Source: Candidatus Zhuqueibacterota bacterium
Lineage (GTDB): Bacteria; Zhuqueibacterota; Zhuqueibacteria; Thermofontimicrobiales; Thermofontimicrobiaceae
Length of the DNA: 64,000 nucleotides
Assembly (NCBI GenBank): GCA_049322915.1
Contig: JBMOPW010000003.1
Span: forward strand, 32,001 to 96,000
Direction: 5' to 3'
Shown: one piece after another, positions 62,928 through 64,000 of the stretch
Position numbering within the stretch: the first letter of the stretch is position 1
Layout of the letters: each line of letters starts with the position of its first letter
Made by a program: the position numbers and the translations under genes
Notes under the pieces: model-generated
What the model saw: only the letters and a program-made list of their open reading frames with translations
What the model was told of the DNA's origin: nothing
Databases searched by the model: none

Positions 62928-63125
62928 ATGCCCAGCGTTAAAGTTCGAGATAACGAGAACTTCGAAAGAGCGTTCAGACGATTCACAAAGGCATGTGAAA
63001 AAGCTGGTTTAATGTCAGAAATTAAGAAGCATCAGCATTTTGAAAAGCCGAGTGAACGCCGCAAACGAAAAGTTAATGCGGCAAAACGTAAGTCGAAAAA
63101 AATCCAGATGATTGAAAGTGCATAG
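62928..63125 (+). CDS. rpsU: 30S ribosomal protein S21
   Basis: VKVRDNENFERAFRRF...FEKPSERRK; AAGGAGG ribosome-binding site. Confidence 0.95.
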   Translation: MPSVKVRDNENFERAFRRFTKACEKAGLMSEIKKHQHFEKPSERRKRKVNAAKRKSKKIQMIESA

Positions 63126-63233
63126 ATCATTTGAAATTTTTTAATCAAAGAGGTAACACATAGACGTTCGTATTCCTCTGCCACAGGGCTTTCACCTGAA
63201 GCATGTTTTTTATTTTTGTTGGAGTGAATTAAA

Positions 63234-63677
63234 ATGATAATCCTGCAGAAATTAACAGAAGACCTGAAATCAGCCATGAAAGCGAAGGACGAAACGCGTG
63301 TCGGAACGCTTCGTCTGCTCATTTCAGATTTGAAGAAACAGAAAATCGATTCAGGCAAGGAACTGGCAGAAGAACAGGAAATCGCCGTGCTTTTGAGCGC
63401 AGCAAAAAAGCGCAACGAAGCCATCGAAATTTATCAATCCACTGATCGGACAGATTTGCTCGAAAAGGAGCAGCGGGAATTGAGCATCATTCAGCAGTAT
63501 CTCCCTGCACAAATGTCCGATCAGGAAATTGAGAATGAAATTGATGCGATAATCAAATCTCTCGGCGCCAGTGGTCTCAGCGACCTGGGGAAAGTCATGG
63601 GCGAGGCGATGAAACGGCTTAAGGGTAAAGCCGACGGTAAAAAAGTGCAGAACCTCGTACGAACGAAATTAGCCTGA
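63234..63677 (+). CDS. GatB/YqeY domain protein
   Basis: DLKSAMKAKD...YLPAQMS...GKVMG...GKADG; typical position downstream of rpsU. Confidence 0.92.
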   Translation: MIILQKLTEDLKSAMKAKDETRVGTLRLLISDLKKQKIDSGKELAEEQEIAVLLSAAKKRNEAIEIYQSTDRTDLLEKEQRELSIIQQYLPAQMSDQEIENEIDAIIKSLGASGLSDLGKVMGEAMKRLKGKADGKKVQNLVRTKLA

Positions 63678-63772
63678 TGTAATTCGTTTCAATTGAAACA
63701 GAAAAGTGGATAAAGGAACATGACTCTTTATTCGCTTTTTTTATGCATTCAAAAATTTTGCGGAAAAGTAAC

Positions 63773-64000
63773 ATGATAAAAGCAGCTATTGCAATTATCG
63801 ACCTTTTAATTATTTTCGTAATGGTATTTTTCATTTACAAAGGTTATAAGAACGGTTTCACTACCGAGTTTATGCGGGCATTGGGGACCATCGTCGCTTT
63901 TGTTGTCGCGGTTCGGTACATGTCAAACGTGGCCATTGTCCTCTACGGCGCCCTGGAAATTTCCCCGACGCTGATCACGATTTTTTCCTTTATTGTCATT
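63773..64000 (+). CDS. CvpA-family membrane protein (partial, runs off the window)
   Basis: My translation: MIKAAIAIIDLLIIFVMVFFIYKGYKNGFTTEF...; the D...G..xGF.xE pattern fits CvpA; the frame is open to the window end. Confidence 0.65.
   Translation, partial: MIKAAIAIIDLLIIFVMVFFIYKGYKNGFTTEFMRALGTIVAFVVAVRYMSNVAIVLYGALEISPTLITIFSFIVI

Overview
A 64-kb bacterial chromosomal segment with about 50 plausible CDSs. I found no rRNA, tRNA, CRISPR array, transposase or integrase. Three secreted proteins end in an NYPNP(F/L)N-type FlgD/T9SS-like C-terminal domain, while promoters look like sigma70 TTGACA-17-TATATT. This suggests an FCB-related lineage such as KSB1 or Calditrichota (inference only). 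Housekeeping genes include ligA, hisS, rpsU, dtd, manC, ltaE, lhr and suhB. Catabolic genes include a GH38 mannosidase, a heparinase II/III-like lyase, rhaA and a tryptophanase/TPL enzyme, and there is a TetR-TolC-MFP-RND efflux operon. The most notable observations are: (1) a minus-strand locus with an RpiR regulator, two paralogous five-repeat beta-propeller/transglutaminase proteins, an NhaC-family transporter and an Asp-box secreted protein; (2) a decayed, integrase-less integron cassette remnant at 13.4-15.0 kb with an in-frame amber codon; (3) a 161-bp MITE in two copies, each with a 4-bp target duplication, one splitting an SRPBCC-like gene; (4) a 100-bp TTAA-CCCT...AGGG-TTAA element just upstream of rtcB in an archease-rtcB-ligA cluster; (5) a consensus sigma54 promoter ahead of a DxDGDG-repeat protein and a putative outer-membrane barrel; (6) several REP/REPIN-like palindromes and candidate structured leader RNAs. 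All calls come from reading the sequence and motifs by eye. No database searches were run.
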